From assembly GCF_000002075.1 (NCBI RefSeq), contig NW_004797496.1:969120-1033119 (forward strand): a stretch of 64,000 nucleotides of DNA, read 5' to 3'. Positions 34,801 to 50,100 of this stretch are shown piece by piece. Within the stretch, counting starts at the first letter, position 1. Each line of letters opens with the position of its first letter. The notes below the pieces were generated by a model. It was not told the DNA's origin. It did no database searches and saw only the letters and a list, made by a program, of their open reading frames with translations. The DNA comes from Aplysia californica. Taxonomy: Eukaryota. Made by a program: the position numbers and the translations under genes.

Positions 34801-37069
34801 CTGTATCAAGTGTAGATGTGAGCTTACCCTGAAAGGACATGCAGGAGGTTAGTGGATACAGATGCCACTGGTAAACTGGTAGGTCTGACTCATGGAGTCT
34901 GCATGATTCTTTGAGAGTCGTGGCACAATGACTGCTGTTCATCTTCTCGGCTAGCGACAGCGATCCTTTCCATGTCTTCAGTTTCAGCTTCTGTCTTTCC
35001 TCTCAAACAACTATCGTCTTTATCTCCCCTCCTTTTTTTGTGTGTTTGTTACTCCCTTGTTACACCTCTAATCTTCGGCACTTATGTGACCTTATTGTGT
35101 TGCAAGTGTCGTAAAACACTTACTAAAACTAAAACTGTCTTGGCACACGTGCTGGACATTGTTCTGTATGTGCTCATTGCCCTCTCCTGCAGTTTTGTCA
35201 TTCCTATACTAGCTGTGTGGACCCATCCCAGTTGCTTGCTGTGCTGTGTATATTATTAACCTGCCCTGCCTGCGGATGTGATTGATCAGTTGGTGTATCA
35301 CAAAGTCATTTGGTGGGTGGTTGAACGACACCACTGGTAGGCCCTCCTCCTTTTCTTTCCCTGTGTTGTTTCCATCTGCCTGTCTGCCTTGCCTTTTCCC
35401 AGCACCAAACGACCGTTGCTGCGTTGATGTGCTTCTCTTTACTCTAACAAATAATAAAATAATACAAAGTCAAGTTTCTCCTGTTGACCACTCCTGACAT
35501 TCCATTGTAAGAGTAGCGACTGTTGATTGATTGTTCTGTACAGACCATCTGCTTTGTAATTGGTGATTTCTTCCCACCATTGTTCCATCTTTACTTTTTG
35601 AATCTTTCTGTCTCCTTCTCTCTGTCTCTGCCTGTTTGTTTGTCTGTCTCTCCCTCTCTTTCACTATAGCAAAAGCCTTCCCCTTTAGGGTGTACCTTCT
35701 CAGAATATATTGATACATGTATTTGTTTGTGAAGAAATAGGTTAAGAAGTGTAAATTATTATGTACATTCACTGACATTTCCCACCATATGATCTGTTGC
35801 TTGAGATGTGAAATGAATGGATGCAATGAAATAAAATGGAATGTTAGAATACTCTATGATAATGGGCCTCTGTTTTTGAAAACATATTTTTTGGTGTCTC
35901 TTACTCTTACTATTTGTTCTTGCTTCATTGCTGTTTAACAAGTGACAGATCAACATCTGTAGCACATTTTGCCATTAACGTTTACGTGTTTAGTAAGAGT
36001 TTTATGGTGCTTGCAACTGCATAAGGCCATTTGAGCCTGCGAAACACCAGTTGACTGCATTCACAACAGTTCACAGCTCAACAAACTACAATGTCTGACA
36101 AGAGTTAGAATCCTCCCCCTTTTCTGTGACAATGCCTGTTTTTTCTGTAGTGTAGTCCTGGTCATCACTTTGTGGGTGGTTGGAGGGCGCCGCTGGTAGG
36201 TCCTATTTCTTTACTTTCTCTCTGTTGTTTCTGTCTGTCTTACTTTTTCCCAGCACTAAATGACCATGTCAATGTGCTTCTCTTTACTCAAACTCAAGTC
36301 ATCATCTTCTGCCATTGTCTATTACTTTCACTTTCAGTTGCTTTTTATAACCTGTTGTCAGCTTCCATTGTATTCCATTTCGACAATAACAATGACAATC
36401 TTTATTCATCTCACAGGGAGAAACTTGTCTTGATTGTTTACAATTGCAGTGGATGTTATATATATTGCAAAGGATAGGTGCACTCACGCATACACACAAG
36501 ACAGGACATTAGTAAATACATGACCTTTCCTCACTTTCCATCTGTTGTGATGGTATACAATGTAATAATCCATTCATTCTGCCTCACCTCCTCAAACTCT
36601 CCACCTGAGCACCAGTGCTTGCCCCCTTGTGGGATGGGTGGGTTTGAGGGTGCAGCTGGCGGTTTCTACTTCTTATCTTTCCTGCTGTTGTTTCTCTCTA
36701 TGTGTCTTACTTTTTCCCAGCACTAGATGACTTCTGCCCTGCGCTGACAAAACGCCTTTTTCTTATTCACAACAGTTTTGAGAAATCGATGATTCTTTTC
36801 TCTCACTTTCTGAGCTCCAAAGAAAGTTGTTGAGTCAGAGCTTCCAATTCTTACTGAACAACAGTGACAAGGGCTATGTCTCAGACAACAAAAAAATTAG
36901 ACTAGTGCACTAGGGTGAAAACAAAAGAGTCTACAATGTGATCAAAAAACATATTATATTATTATTTGGAAATAATTCTCTCTGAACCTCTGATCAGAGA
37001 TAAATAAGTTTTGAGGTTTGTTCTTAGCTTTCTTTACTTTGCTCGTGAGGATGTGTCAAGATATGGTAT

Positions 37070-37312
37070 TTGTGAGCTGTGCTGACAAAATGAGCAACTT
37101 CTCGCAATCCACTAAAGGAGATATTGACCAAAAACGAAACTAGGGTCAAATTTGTAGATTTTCTATTGATGCCATATTCTTTAAGTATAACATGCCTTTT
37201 ATTGTTTTATACACTTATAAATTGTACAAACTTCACCTATAATAAGCATGGTGTTCCTTTTTCTAGAGGGCTCAAATCTGAGAAGTGGCTCATTTTGTCA
37301 AATGGTGTCACA
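37070..37312. mobile_element. About 240-bp MITE
   Basis: TIR core TGACAAAATGAG...CTCATTTTGTCA; near-identical copy at about 42012-42253. Confidence 0.75.
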
Positions 37313-40300
37313 TTTGTTTTCCATGTTCAAGGCTTTTGTGTGTCCGGAGCATTGACATGGACTTTCCAGCTTCAGACACAGCTCTGAGTTACATTGTCAA
37401 GATGCACGTCTTTTAACTGTGTGTTGTCGAATTGTGTTATTTTTGCTTTCATTTTGTTCTAAACCCAGTTTTGTTAAAATCGCCCCTGTGATATTGAAAT
37501 ATCACACTTGAAATATCACACTTGCACTGTAAAATTACATTTGTAAACATTCAGTTAAACTTGCACATATTATATATGATTATCGTTATGATAGCATAAT
37601 TAATTCTTTACTTATTCTTGATGGATTTATGTTTGGAAGTGCTTATTTGGGCTGCATCCTAAATAAGGTCACCCACATTATATCTCATTAGTCCCCATAA
37701 GAATATAATATTATGTTACTTTTGAGTGTTGAGGGTTTAAATGATCGACAATATTTCTAAATTTTTTGGGGGCTGTTCTTTATGGGTTATTATTTTGTAT
37801 GGGTGTGAGTCTAGATCAAGTAACGTCTTTTTAAAAATTAATTGTTCGTCCATTTTTACATTTAGTGAAATGTGCTCAAAATTAGTGAAAAGTTTTATGA
37901 GTTTGGAGGTTACCTGGAATTATTCTGAGGCTCCCCGTTGGGCGGGTGAATGTGACCGTGAAGGAGCAGAAGATCGAAGTACTCTGTCTGTACTATTTGC
38001 CAAGTCCATGAAACATTTGCTCACGGTGTGTTAATGACTAAGTTGCCTGACAATGAAATTATACAATAAATATACATCTATATCCAATGAGCAAAACTGT
38101 TTTTTCTTCCAATTTTTTGAAAATTTTGTACCATATGCCCTCGCCTTAAACACGACCCTGCATTATATCACAGTAACAGGGGATGGGGGAGGGGGGGGAG
38201 ATATGCTTTTACTCCAAAATCAGCCCGTTTTTGTAGGCTGCTCATGTAATATGGGATGGATCTGATGTGCTGGAGGGGATATCAGCATGTGTGAAATCAG
38301 GTACTAGTAGGCATAAAAAATTAGTGTCATACCTTTAACAAATGTTGGTTGTTGCTTTAAGATAGATTTTTTAATCTATGATTGAGCTCTAAATGCATTT
38401 TATAAAGGGAGTGGGCGGTTGGATCGAGTAATTGTTTAATAGAAAATCCTATTTAGCATTACTTCCTCTTTGTGGGCCTAATCTTGGCTTATAATCATTG
38501 CACTTATAATACGGGGAGCGATTTAGGGTGGGTAGACTTTAAGACCACTTTAATTTTTTTTTTTTATTATTTGCATTATAGGCGAGTATATAAAGTATAT
38601 ATGTGTCCCAGCGTGGTGAAATCAGGCGCTCGTCAATTTTTGGGCATCTGGAGTTATTGGTATCATCTTAAAGCTTATTCATTTTACCATCTTTTGATGA
38701 AAAAGAATACAAGTCTATCTTGAATAGAAGTCGAGATATTTGTGATTGAAGGAGGTCGGGGTCAGCAGATTTCAGAGGCAAAATTAGCGCCAAACTGGCA
38801 GACAAAGTTTGGTGATTTCGAAGCTTGAGAGTCCTTGGAAACTGAACATTTTCATTTGTTGTGCCTTTAATCAACATTTTCAGTAAAATCCACACTGAAA
38901 TGTGTTTTTAAATGGACCTTAAAGGTGTTGGGTCAAAAATAAAAAATTCGATAAAAAAAGCCAAATGGACAGAAAAATGCCAGTTTCTTTGATTTCATTA
39001 TTTTGACGAACACCTAATTTCACCACCCTGCCTCACATATTATATATTCTTTTTGTTTACATCAGCTCAGTTAGGTTTGTTGTGATGTTGTTGCTTTTCT
39101 TGCAATTTCTTGTCTGTCCCTCTGTTGTTTCAGTCTGTCTGCCTGTCTCACTTTTTTCCCCGGCAGCAATTGAGCGTGACGGTGTAAATATACTTCTCTT
39201 TTCTTGAACTCAATTCACAAAGAGATTAACCAATTTCACGGGTGTTTTTGTGTACTAAGAGATACTATGTTCGCTTCTTAGTTAAAAACTTGCTGGATGG
39301 AAGCCAAATCTGCTCGATCGAAACCTGCCAGCGAAAAAAAAACATTTTTCTTTTAATTTTAAATTATCTCCTTTGTCCTCCTTTCCTGTGCTCTTGGCTT
39401 GTTCTTTCATCTGCTTTCCTTTCTGCTCTCTCACCCTCCCACCCCACATCCTCTCTCTGCTCTTCTCTGCCTTGCTCACAGCTCTTTCAATTGCTAGTTT
39501 CAGCAACATCCCTTATCATAGGGTCGGTAAGTCATATATGAGTGAAAAATGTCTGAGGGATAAATATAAAACGACAATTGGAACAAAAGTAACTAAACTG
39601 TAACTGTAAGTTTTTTACTGCTGTCTTCACCTTCAGCAACACCCCTTATCATAGGGTAGATAAGATCATATACCTAGCCTTTCTCATTTATATAAGAGAG
39701 AAAAATCTCAGAGGTCCAATGTGCAAATTGCACGACCCCTTTGTGGTCCTGAAATCTTACTACAGCTGTCACCCGCGTAAAATTCAAAATGAATTCCTAG
39801 CCAAAACGGAAAATGAAAGATATAAACCTAGAACCTGATCTAAAGTACCTTTGAGAGGATGCCTTTTCAAACTTGATGGTAAGGGGCTGTACAAAAAAGG
39901 GAAAAACATCACATGTAAAATATCAGTTGCACTACAGGTTGAAAAACCTCCTGTCAACTACCCCCGATATCTAGCAGGACAACGCAAAGAATCAGTTCCA
40001 CAAAAAAAGTCTGAAAATTGTTGTTTTCAGAGGGCTTTTATTAGGCATAAGAATTTAAATAATTGGCTGCCATTACAGAAATATTGTATAAATAACCTAT
40101 ATCTTTATACATTTAAAAAAAAAGAAAATGACACTTTGAACATACTTACAGAATTGAGTACCCGTATCTTCGTATCCTGAAAGAAACACAATATTATTAC
40201 TATATCCATAAATAAAAGCATTTTGTATATTTCACCTTGTGCCAAAGATGATAAAGCTAAACAAGTTGTAAATCAACCTGATAAAGTAGACACCATGAAC

Positions 40301-40429
40301 ACTCACACACAAAATAATGGCAGCTTTAGGGATACAGAAAAGCTGACAGTGGAACAACTGCAAGGAGGAAATGGTACCATATTTGAAAATGCATTGCATA
40401 ATATATAAAGAGGTAGAGACTGAAAAATA

Positions 40430-40909
40430 CAGTAGAACATGGCTATAGCGGGACTTTTAGTTCCAGAAGAAAAATCCCGCTGTAGGCAATTTCCTGCTAT
40501 AGGAATGCAAAGGGGAATTGCCGAAAAATCACACGCTACACGCTCTCCTCTTCTTTTACTGTCTTTTTGGCCTAGCCTAGGCCTAGGGCAATGACACATA
40601 ACTTTTGGAGTGGCTCATGTAACGCATCTCTCCGCACCATCTCTCTCTGCCACCTGCCCCATCTCACTCATCACTGCACTGGCCAATCACAACGCTGCAC
40701 CGAAGACTGCCTGTTTGGAGCCTACCTACATCCCCCCATCCCCACCCCTCTTCTATCAGCTAGAGCTCACTTGATCTCTCCCGCTACATCCAAGTTCGGG
40801 ATTGTTCAGTTAATTGAGTTTATACAGACAAAAAAAGGGGGATTCCGGTAAAGTCCCACTGTAGGGATTGTTCCGCTGCAGCGGGTGCCACTATAGTCAT
40901 GTTCTACTG
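40430..40909. mobile_element. Tc1/mariner (pogo/Tigger-like) MITE
   Basis: TA|CAGTAGAACATGGCTATAG ... CTATAGTCATGTTCTACTG|TA. Confidence 0.8.
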
Positions 40910-42716
40910 TATAAATATAAATAAAACGACAATTGGAACAAATGTAAACTGTAAGTGTAAGCTTCCAGAGCAACAGGAAATTCACAAGAAGTAGAGAAAT
41001 CCAGAACCCCTACCCTGAGTGATATGTTACTGTGAAAAAAATATAAATACCTGATAACACATGCAAGAAAGATTTATAGCCACCTTGCATTAATCATTAA
41101 GACAAAAACTATATATATCTAACAGTTGTGTGATAAATAACTGACAGTGTAAAAGTCCATTATAATAGAAATGCATAAAAGCCTTGAGTACATATGCTTG
41201 AGTTTTTATATATATATATATATGTGTTGTATATATAGACAGATCTTTTCTTTCCCTGAGAGGTATAACAGTTCCAAAGTCAAGTGATCTTCAGTACTGC
41301 AATGAACAATAAAATAACATATTATTCAACAACAATAACAAAGCAGACTTACAAACTTGAGTATTCGATAAAGCGATGTCGACACAAACAAAAGGCATTC
41401 TTATCTTTAGCCTTCACTAAAAATAAACCTTTTTGCTTACAGTCCACAAGTCTCATCATCTACACAGAAACATCATGGAGAAGGCAGGGGGAACAATATC
41501 ATTTCTGTCGCGGCGTGGTGGAATCAGGCGCTCATCAATTTTTGGGCATATGAGGGTTTTTTTTAAGTTAAAGCCTGGTCATTTGCCTTCCTTTTGGAGA
41601 AAACTATCCATCTATGTTGAATAGAAGTCAAAATATTTGCTATTGAAGGAAGTCAGGGTCGCCTGGTTTCAGAGGTAAAATTAGCTAGAAAATGGCCGCC
41701 AAAGTTTGGTAGCTTCCGTAGCCTTAGAGTCCTTAGAAATTAAAAATTTTCCTTTTTTTTGTGCCTTTAATCAATGTTTTTCAGTAAAATCCACACAAAA
41801 ATGTGTTTTTAAATAGACATAAAAAGTAATGAGCCAAAAAATGAAAATGAGAAAAAAATTGCTCATTGGCCAAAAAATGCCAATTTCTCTGATTTCATCA
41901 TATTGACGAGCACCTGGTTTCACCACGATGCCTCACATGTATCAAGACATCAAAATGTGACAGGTGACTCACTTTCTCTTCCTTTTTGCCATTAATAAAA
42001 CATATAGATCTATGTGAGGCGAGCTGACAAAATGACTTACTTCTCGCAATCCACAAATGGAGATATTGGCCAAAAATCGACATTGGGGTCAAATTTGTTG
42101 ATTTTCTATTGATGCCATATTCTTTAAGTATGACATGCATTTTGTTATTTCATACTTATAAATTGTAAAAGCTTCACCTATAAGCGTGATGTATCTATTT
42201 CCATACATAGGGCTCAAATCTGACAAGTAACTCATTTTGTCAGCATACTTCACATATATGCATTCTAAGTGGGACAGTATAAAAATAATTTTTAAAAACT
42301 ACATTGCTATACTATTATTAGTATCACAAACAGTCAATGGAANNNNNNNNNNNNNNNNNNNNNNNNNNNNNNNNNNNNNNNNNNNNNNNNNNNNNNNNNN
42401 NNNNNNNNNNNNNNNNNNNNNNNNNNNNNNNNNNNNNNNNNNNNNNNNNNNNNNNNNNNNNNNNNNNNNNNNNNNNNNNNNTCATTAGAACAATGTGTGC
42501 CTACCTTAAACATCTCAATAGGAGACAAGAATTTTATTAAGCATAATAAGACAAGTTAAGAATGGCAATAAAAGAATTTTGGCATGACACTTTCTGTAAC
42601 AATGACACACAGGACCTAACCAGTAAAGAAACTTTTATAGGGCAGATTCACACTCCAGAAATCTAAATCACTGCTCAAGTCACTGACATCAAGGCTGTTT
42701 GGTCAAACTGTAGTAA

Positions 42717-42980
42717 GGGGCTGTACAAATATAATCTTACACCTTTTTCGGAACTTTTTGCACCCCCCACCCCATGTCAATATCGCCCTAATATTACAAA
42801 TAAAACAAATTACAGCTTAATTTTGATAAAGTCAACGCTTCGGGACAACAAAAAAAGTAATATTATTAATTGGTTCAAGACCCCAACCCCCCTCCCCTTC
42901 TTACACTTTTCTTACAAAAACCAGGGATACCCCCCCCCCCTTTCCCTTTTCCAGGTGTAAGATTAAATTTGAAGGTCCCC
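42717..42980. mobile_element. PIF/Harbinger-like MITE
   Basis: TAA|GGGGCTGTACAAATATAATCTTACACC ... GGTGTAAGATTAAATTTGAAGGTCCCC|TAA (3-bp TAA TSD). Confidence 0.7.
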
Positions 42981-43705
42981 TAAGAGTAAAGCCCGCAACA
43001 CACCTGCAGTTACACACTCACTGAATTCACTCGAACAGGCCAACCTGCTGGAAGAATGGAAGGTGTGTATGGAAGTGATACAGACTGAGCAGGCGACAAT
43101 GTCATTTTGGCTGGCTTCAGTTGGACATTAGACTGTCCCCGGGGTTTTAAGCACCCCGCATAATTTAGCAAAATTTGATCATTTTTTGCATAATTTCTTA
43201 TTATTTTCCTTTATCATTCTTTGTTAAAATTAGCAGAATCCCATAATTTCACATTTTTGGGCTCAGTCTGCATAATTTCAGAATTTTTTGTGAGCATAAA
43301 ACAGCGTGGACAGGTATGGGAGTGGTTCCGACTGAGTAGGTGACAAAATCATTTTGGCTGGCTTCAGTTGGACATTAGACATTGGCAGGTTAAATATTTT
43401 GGAGGGGGGGCTTGCAACAGGAAGTTGAGGAAGGCAGCGTCCCTAGGATTTTTTTCCTGTCATGAAGAAGATTTTGACACGTTAAAAACACAACTATCAT
43501 TCTGATTATAAAAATAATTATATTTTTCAACACAGTGTATCAAAAGTAAAAGATCTATACATATACTGCTCAATTTATTGATATTTACAAAATTATATTT
43601 TTTCTTATTTATTGAACTGTATTCGATAAGTTCAAGTGTATCTTCGATATTCATAATTATGTTCCGCCGAGACAACAAGAGAATGTTTTCTGTCTACTTA
43701 TGTTT

Positions 43706-44038
43706 AGGCTACCGGACTCGTAATCGTGAGGTAGCTGGTTCGGGGGTTCAAGCTGCGGGCCCGACGTTGTGTCCTTGGGAAAGGCAATTTACACGAAATT
43801 TTCCCACTTCACCCAGGTGAAAATGGGTACCCAGCTATAAACAGTGAAAGATCTTGTCAGTTTGTTAGTGTTTGACTTTGAGCACTTAGCTGCTTGCACT
43901 GTATGCTTCCTGGGAAGCTGAGAATGTTTCTGAGTGTTCTATGGTCTTCTGGGGTAATAATAAAGTGTAAAGCGCATAGAGCTTGCTTTCGAGAGGGGAT
44001 ATGCGCTATACAAAAGCTATTTTTAAATTTATTATTAC
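43706..44038 (+). mobile_element. tRNA-derived SINE, family 1
   Basis: Clear similarity to 11838-12195 and 61092-61425; (TTA)n tail. Confidence 0.8.
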
Positions 44039-44414
44039 TTGCATGGTGTTGATACACACCATGTTCCGGTTTAGCTGACGGGTTTACTCGACAGCTCAAC
44101 TCGAACAATTCTAACTGCAGGTGTGTAGCGGGCTTAAGAGTACCGTACGGTAATCTAAGAGACAGGGCCTGTAAAACTGACACCCGTCTCTGTTTGAAGC
44201 AAGCCACTTGAAAATTCCACAACAATCCAGAGTTCAAGAACACCTCTTTGAGGACTCGAACCAGCCATCTGCACCATAGCCCAGCATGACCTCAACTGAG
44301 CTAACAGTATGCCTGACAAAATGGTGTCAGTTGCAAAGTACACGACTCAAAAACAACAATTTTTACTTCGGACAGACAAATTTACTTCACTTTTGTTTCC
44401 TTACCATTTTCAAA

Positions 44415-44854
44415 TGTGAGGCAGCGCGGTGAAATCGGGCTCTCGTCAATTTTTGAGCATGTAGAGTTATTGGTATCATCTTAAAGCTTGTTCACTTGTC
44501 TTTATTTGGATGAATAAAATATCCATTTGTCTTGAATAAAAGTCAAGATATTTGCGAAAGAATGAGGTGGGGGTCACCTGTTTTCAGAGGTAAAATTAGT
44601 GAAAAAATGGCGCCCAAAGATTAGTTATTCCCTTATTTGAAGAGTCCATGGTAACTGAAAATTTACATTTTTTTGTGCCTTTAATCGACGTTTTCCAGAA
44701 AAATCCTCACAGAAATTAGTTCTTTAATGGGCATGAAAGGTGTTGAGCAAAAAAAACCAAAAATTTGATAAAAATGCACAAACCTGTGGAAAAATGCAAG
44801 TTTCTTGAATTTTATTATTTTGACGAGAGCCTGATTCCACCACGCTGTCTCACA
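44415..44854. mobile_element. About 440-bp TIR MITE family (representative copy)
   Basis: TIR TGTGAGGCAGCG(T/C)GGTGAAATC(A/G)GGC(G/T)CTCGTCAA; other copies or fragments at about 2834-3700, 13420-13856, 27312-27450, 32625-33110, 38602-39038, 41505-41938. Confidence 0.8.
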
Positions 44855-47159
44855 TTTTAAAGGAAATTCAAAGACCTTTTTACGAGTGTTTTCAGCTTCT
44901 GTAGTAAAACTACAAAGCTTACTTATGATGGAGAGCAAATACATACCAAGATTAGACATGGTAAAGATACGGTATCTCTTAACCTCAGCAGACCTAGCCC
45001 AGTTTTTACTCTTTAATAAATTTCAACTTGGAATCTGAATGTCATTGTGTCACCATTGCTGCAGAGGAGAAACACATATTGAGAAAAATGTGAGGTAACA
45101 AGTATAGGAATGGTCCATTACAACACAGGAAAGAAACACAACGCAGAAGCAGCCAGGCACTGTTTTTGTGGACATATGTCGACCTCATATCTAGCCGGCA
45201 GTTTTCAATGGTTAACCCTATCCGTACCCCCTGAAGTCATTTTGTATCCTCAGGGTTGTACTTTTCACATTTTAGAATAATTCTAAGTTCTAGTACGAAA
45301 ATCTCTTTGAAACTTTCAGTATTTCTCAAAAAATCATTTTGACAGACTGCTATGCAAAGCGTACGGATTGGATTACCGAGTAACTTTCCTCTTTGGAAAG
45401 TGGTGGCACAGAGTTCCCCACATTGTATGGATACGATAGTAAAACACGATGTACAGATAGGGATCAAGTCCGCTCAGAACAAGAAAAGTATTGAGAAACG
45501 GGATAAAGAAAAGTATAGCCCCTGTATTTGTAAGCTGCTTGACCTCAGTAAGGTCACAGTTAATGTCTTACAGGAACAGAACAGTGGGCTGCGATCATCA
45601 TGATGCTTAAAGATGTGGAGGGGAGGGGGTTTATACTTTACCCTAACCCTTTGTACTACACATGTGCGTGTAGCAGATTTGACAAACTTCGCGTACAGTA
45701 GCCTCCACCAAAACACACGGCTAAGAAAGGCTCCTACATATGCATTTTTACATGGAGCATGTGTTTGCTTGAACCTATGCAAAGAGAGAAAGGAACTCAA
45801 CCATCTCATTTCCTTGACATTTTTCCGATTACTGTTACTTTTCTTGGCAGTGGGGTAGGGGTGCTTTTACTGAAATGCAACAAAACACAACTGTTTTATA
45901 AAGGATTCTCTGATCACTGGTACTTCTCCAACGGCGTAAAACGAGTGGTGGAATAGCAGAAAGACTGACTCACTGCACTGATGGGCATTAATAGGTCACA
46001 AACAGATAAGAGGAAATTGTTATGGAGTGAGAGTCATAGGGAAAAGAACTCTACCAAGCGGCTTTCCCAGCCACCACTTCGGACTATCCGTCATCTATTG
46101 TAACTCGGTAAATGCAGAAATAACATCAGGCATTCTGGGAGACTTTTCTCTAGTAATTCGTCAAACAGATACGTTATAAGCTCCTTGAGCATGGCTGATA
46201 ATTTGACTAAATCCCTAATCCTAAGGCCTATCTATATCATTAATCTTAAGGCCTATCTAAATGTTCTACAGCATTCACGAATGTTGCGCATCATAGGCCT
46301 GACTAAACATTACAGTCATCAAAACACCAGTGAAAAACCTTCTCTCAGTCAAAGATACATTTCGAGTGACCGATCAAAAGATGTTTCACTCACCTACCCC
46401 CCCCCCCCCCCCCANNNNNNNNNNNNNNNNNNNNNNNNNNNNNNNNNNNNNNNNNNNNNNNNNNNNNNNNNNNNNNNNNNNNNNNNNNNNNNNNNNNNNN
46501 NNNNNNNNNNNNNNNNNNNNNNNNNNNNNTTCCCCCCCCCCCCCCCCCCCCCCCCCACCACATCACTCACCCAGTCCAATATATCTGCAAGGTGTGATCA
46601 TACAGTCCATCACCTCCATTGTGCTACACGAGGAACAGCCTTACCAAGTATCCGGTGGTCTAGACTTGTATTTTCTTATCCTGATGCAAGCTGTAAAGCT
46701 GGGTTGTCGCACACATTATTTCTCTTTGTCAGGCTTCACCCGTTAGTGTGTTTCTGGGATCAAAACACGCGTTTAGAGGAAGTGACTGTGTATTTGGTTG
46801 CTTTTAAGGACAAGCAGGCTAACCCAGATTTCAGGGGTTTCCAGAAATCTTGACCTACACCAAAACTGGGCATTGCTCTGCCTATAACTATAGGAGAAAT
46901 TTGGTTTCATTGGTATGTTTTGTTTGGTCATAGAGAAAACTCTACTTGTCTTTTGAAGAAAATGAACAAGGGGCAAAAACTTTACCTTTGATTTTCTCAA
47001 AACAGCATTTCTCGGGATAGCCCCCTTGTGCATAAAAGCGACCATTTGCACGTCTGAATTATAGTTTAAAAATCCTGTCCAATGGTGAAAGCATGCATTG
47101 GAGCAGAGTGTGTCTTAATTGAATGGTGTGCGTTTAGACGGAGACTACTGTACCACTGT

Positions 47160-50100
47160 TCAAAATCGCACTGAAATTTTCCCACTCTCTTTGGACATAA
47201 TTAGGTCATTATCATGAAACACTACATCGCTGTCTTTCTTTTCATCCCAAGAAGCCTTGTGTTCGGGACTACCGCTGCCCTCTGTGGGCACGGCTTGATA
47301 CATCCCCCCAGAACCCTGCACTGTCGTGTCAGCAACAGGTCCTACATCATGTGGCTTTGTCACTGGCACGGGCCCACTCTCCGCAGGATGAAGGTCAACT
47401 TCCTGTAGCTCAACGACGTTGTTACAGTAAAACTTAACAGGTTGCTGATCTGACTGAGGCATGCTATTCTCATCATTCCCGCTGTTCATTCTCGCCACAA
47501 CATACTTCCTGTTGCGAGACGGACTCGTATCCCCCTCCATGCTTTTCAAACTCGCTCCCGACGACTTCACGGACAGAGACCTTCGACCCCTCTCCACAGC
47601 AACATCTGAGAGTCGCTTCCTTTCCACGTACTTCTTCAGACTGGGTGTGGAAGGAGGAGGAGTATCAGTTGCTCCCGCCTTCACCTCATCCTCATTGCAC
47701 ATCCGCTGATGCAAGGGTATAAGTGCGATGATCACCCCAGCCGTCAGGGTCACTATGCCGGAGAAATAAAGGGCTTGCTCATATGTGCCAAATGTATCCT
47801 GGAACACACCTGAGGCACAGGAAACAAAATCACTTGAAAAGTTCGAATAACCTTTATGAAGTGGCTTGATCAGTATGAATAACCTTTACAAAATGGCTTA
47901 AAAAGTATGAATTGCCTTTCCAAATTTGCTTGAAAAATAGGCAGCCTGTATTTTCACGACATGTCGAAGAAAAAAATTTTAGGCACTTTTTCACGACCTG
48001 TCGCGGAAAAAAAAAGGCTATGTGTGTTTTCATGACATGTCGAAGACAAACCGGCTCTTACCTCAGAGGTCTAGGCCTAGGCCTATTAGCTAAAATACAC
48101 ATTTTTGGGGGGGTCCATCTAGATCTAGAACTAGTTTCCGATTTTGAACCTGTGTTCTATCACCATTCCGATTAAGGTGTCAAAATTACCGGATTTTGGG
48201 ATGGGTGCCAAGAGTGTTTCCAACTTTCCCTTGCGAAACCCATAGCCTAGGCCTAGATCTACATCCTGAAATTCTGTAGGCCTACTTGCTGTATCATCAT
48301 CTAGGACGCAATGTGAGTTTTTAAAAACTTTGAAGAGAGAGAGAGAGAGGGGGGGGGGGGGTAACTTATGCCTTTCTAGCTTCTTGGACGGTAGATATAG
48401 AATCTAAACCTCTGCAGTAAGTTGTAGGCCTATTTGCACGCACTCGATCATTGTCCCTCTGTGTGGCTCGGTTGTGAAAATAACGGCTACCAAAATAATG
48501 ATTTTTCAAAAAGTGAAACTGTGCTCTGGATTTGGCATTTGACAATCAAACGCGTAAACAATGGTGGAAAATGAAAGCATGGAATCTATAGGCTTGGTGA
48601 TTGCACCATTAGGATTGATGTTCCAGGATTTGCGTAGCCTACTGTTAGGAATGCAATGACAAACTGAATAGAAAAGCCCATTTCATGTTGTGTATGTTAC
48701 ATCGTTCTGAGCTCTACTTTCACGTCTCTTGAAGATGAGCTTTTTTACTAGTTCAAGAACATGTTAAAAAAAACAATTCGCAGGTAGATCTAAGTATATG
48801 TCACAGTAGGCTTGAGTAGGCCTAGATTCTAGGTCTAGCCTTCGCCAGCAATCGTTCACCACTTAGCCAGATAGACTAGAGAGCTCTGGGGATTAAATTC
48901 TAGTTTTTAAGGGGTATAAGGCCTAGATCTCTAACTAAGTAAGGAAGAATCAAGATCTAACCTAGAATGAAAACGTCGATCTGTATATATATGATTTCAA
49001 CCCCCTAAATTGATGTTACAAATAAAATAAATATACCACCAAAAAACTATAAAATCAAGACTTAGTCTCTGCTCATGCTGTCATAGCTTCCATAATATTA
49101 AAGTCTATCAAGAACAGGATGAGCTTGAAGTACTGTCACACCGCCGGGTAGTGTTTCGACTCGTCTTTCATTGTGTTATTCTTGGCGGTGACTGATTTCG
49201 AGGACTTTTTGCTGAAAACCTACTTTGTACTGCAGTTCTTACGAAATTTTTCCTCAAACTCACGATACGCTTTAAAAATTCGTCCCACTTCGAAGGGATG
49301 GGGATTTGCNNNNNNNNNNNNNNNNNNNNNNNNNNNNNNNNNNNNNNNNNNNNNNNNNNNNNNNNNNNNNNNNNNNNNNNNNNNNNNNNNNNNNNNNNNN
49401 NNNNNNNNNNNNNNNNNNNNNNNNNNNNNNNNNNNNNNNNNNNNNNNNNNNNNNNNNNNNNNNNNNNNNNNNNNNNNNNNNNNNNNNNNNNNNNNNNNNN
49501 NNNNNNNNNNNNNNGAGAGTCTATGCCCTCCGGCATAAGTGGCATGACCCAGCTGTTCACTGATTGGTCCAAAGAGAAAAACAAGTGGAGAAAATGCACT
49601 TAGATTTTTTTTCCACGACATGTCGTGAAAATACCGGCTGCCTGAAAAATATATAAAACAACCTTTACAAATTCGCTTGAAAGGATTTTTTACTTTTAGT
49701 CTGTACAGTTTCTGGCAAAGTAATGATAACCTTACAGTTTCTTGCAAAGTAATGATAACCTTTACAAATTGTTCAAAAGTACAAATAAACTTTACAGAGT
49801 CAGTGAAAAGTTGCAAGTTGCAATAACCTTCACAAGTTCACTTAAAATCCTTTACAAAGTCACATTTTAAGTCTTACAACATTGCTTAACAAAACAAAAA
49901 CGTCTAACCTGCTATTGGAGGCCCCATAAACGCTCCGATTCCATCGGCGAGGAGAATGAACCCGAGGCCAATTCCGATCTTGTCCGTGCCGATGAGGTCT
50001 GTCATCACAATGATAAGCAAACCCAGCAAGATGCCGAAGCAAATTCCGAAGAAAAAGCTGAGCACGCCCGTCAGAGCCAGAGAGTGGGAGACGGGAAACA

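Noticed and set aside
34730-34990. Exon-like minus-strand segment with a CAGG|GTAAGC donor
   Set aside because: No sustained ORF or partner exons; looks like a decayed LINE 3' end.
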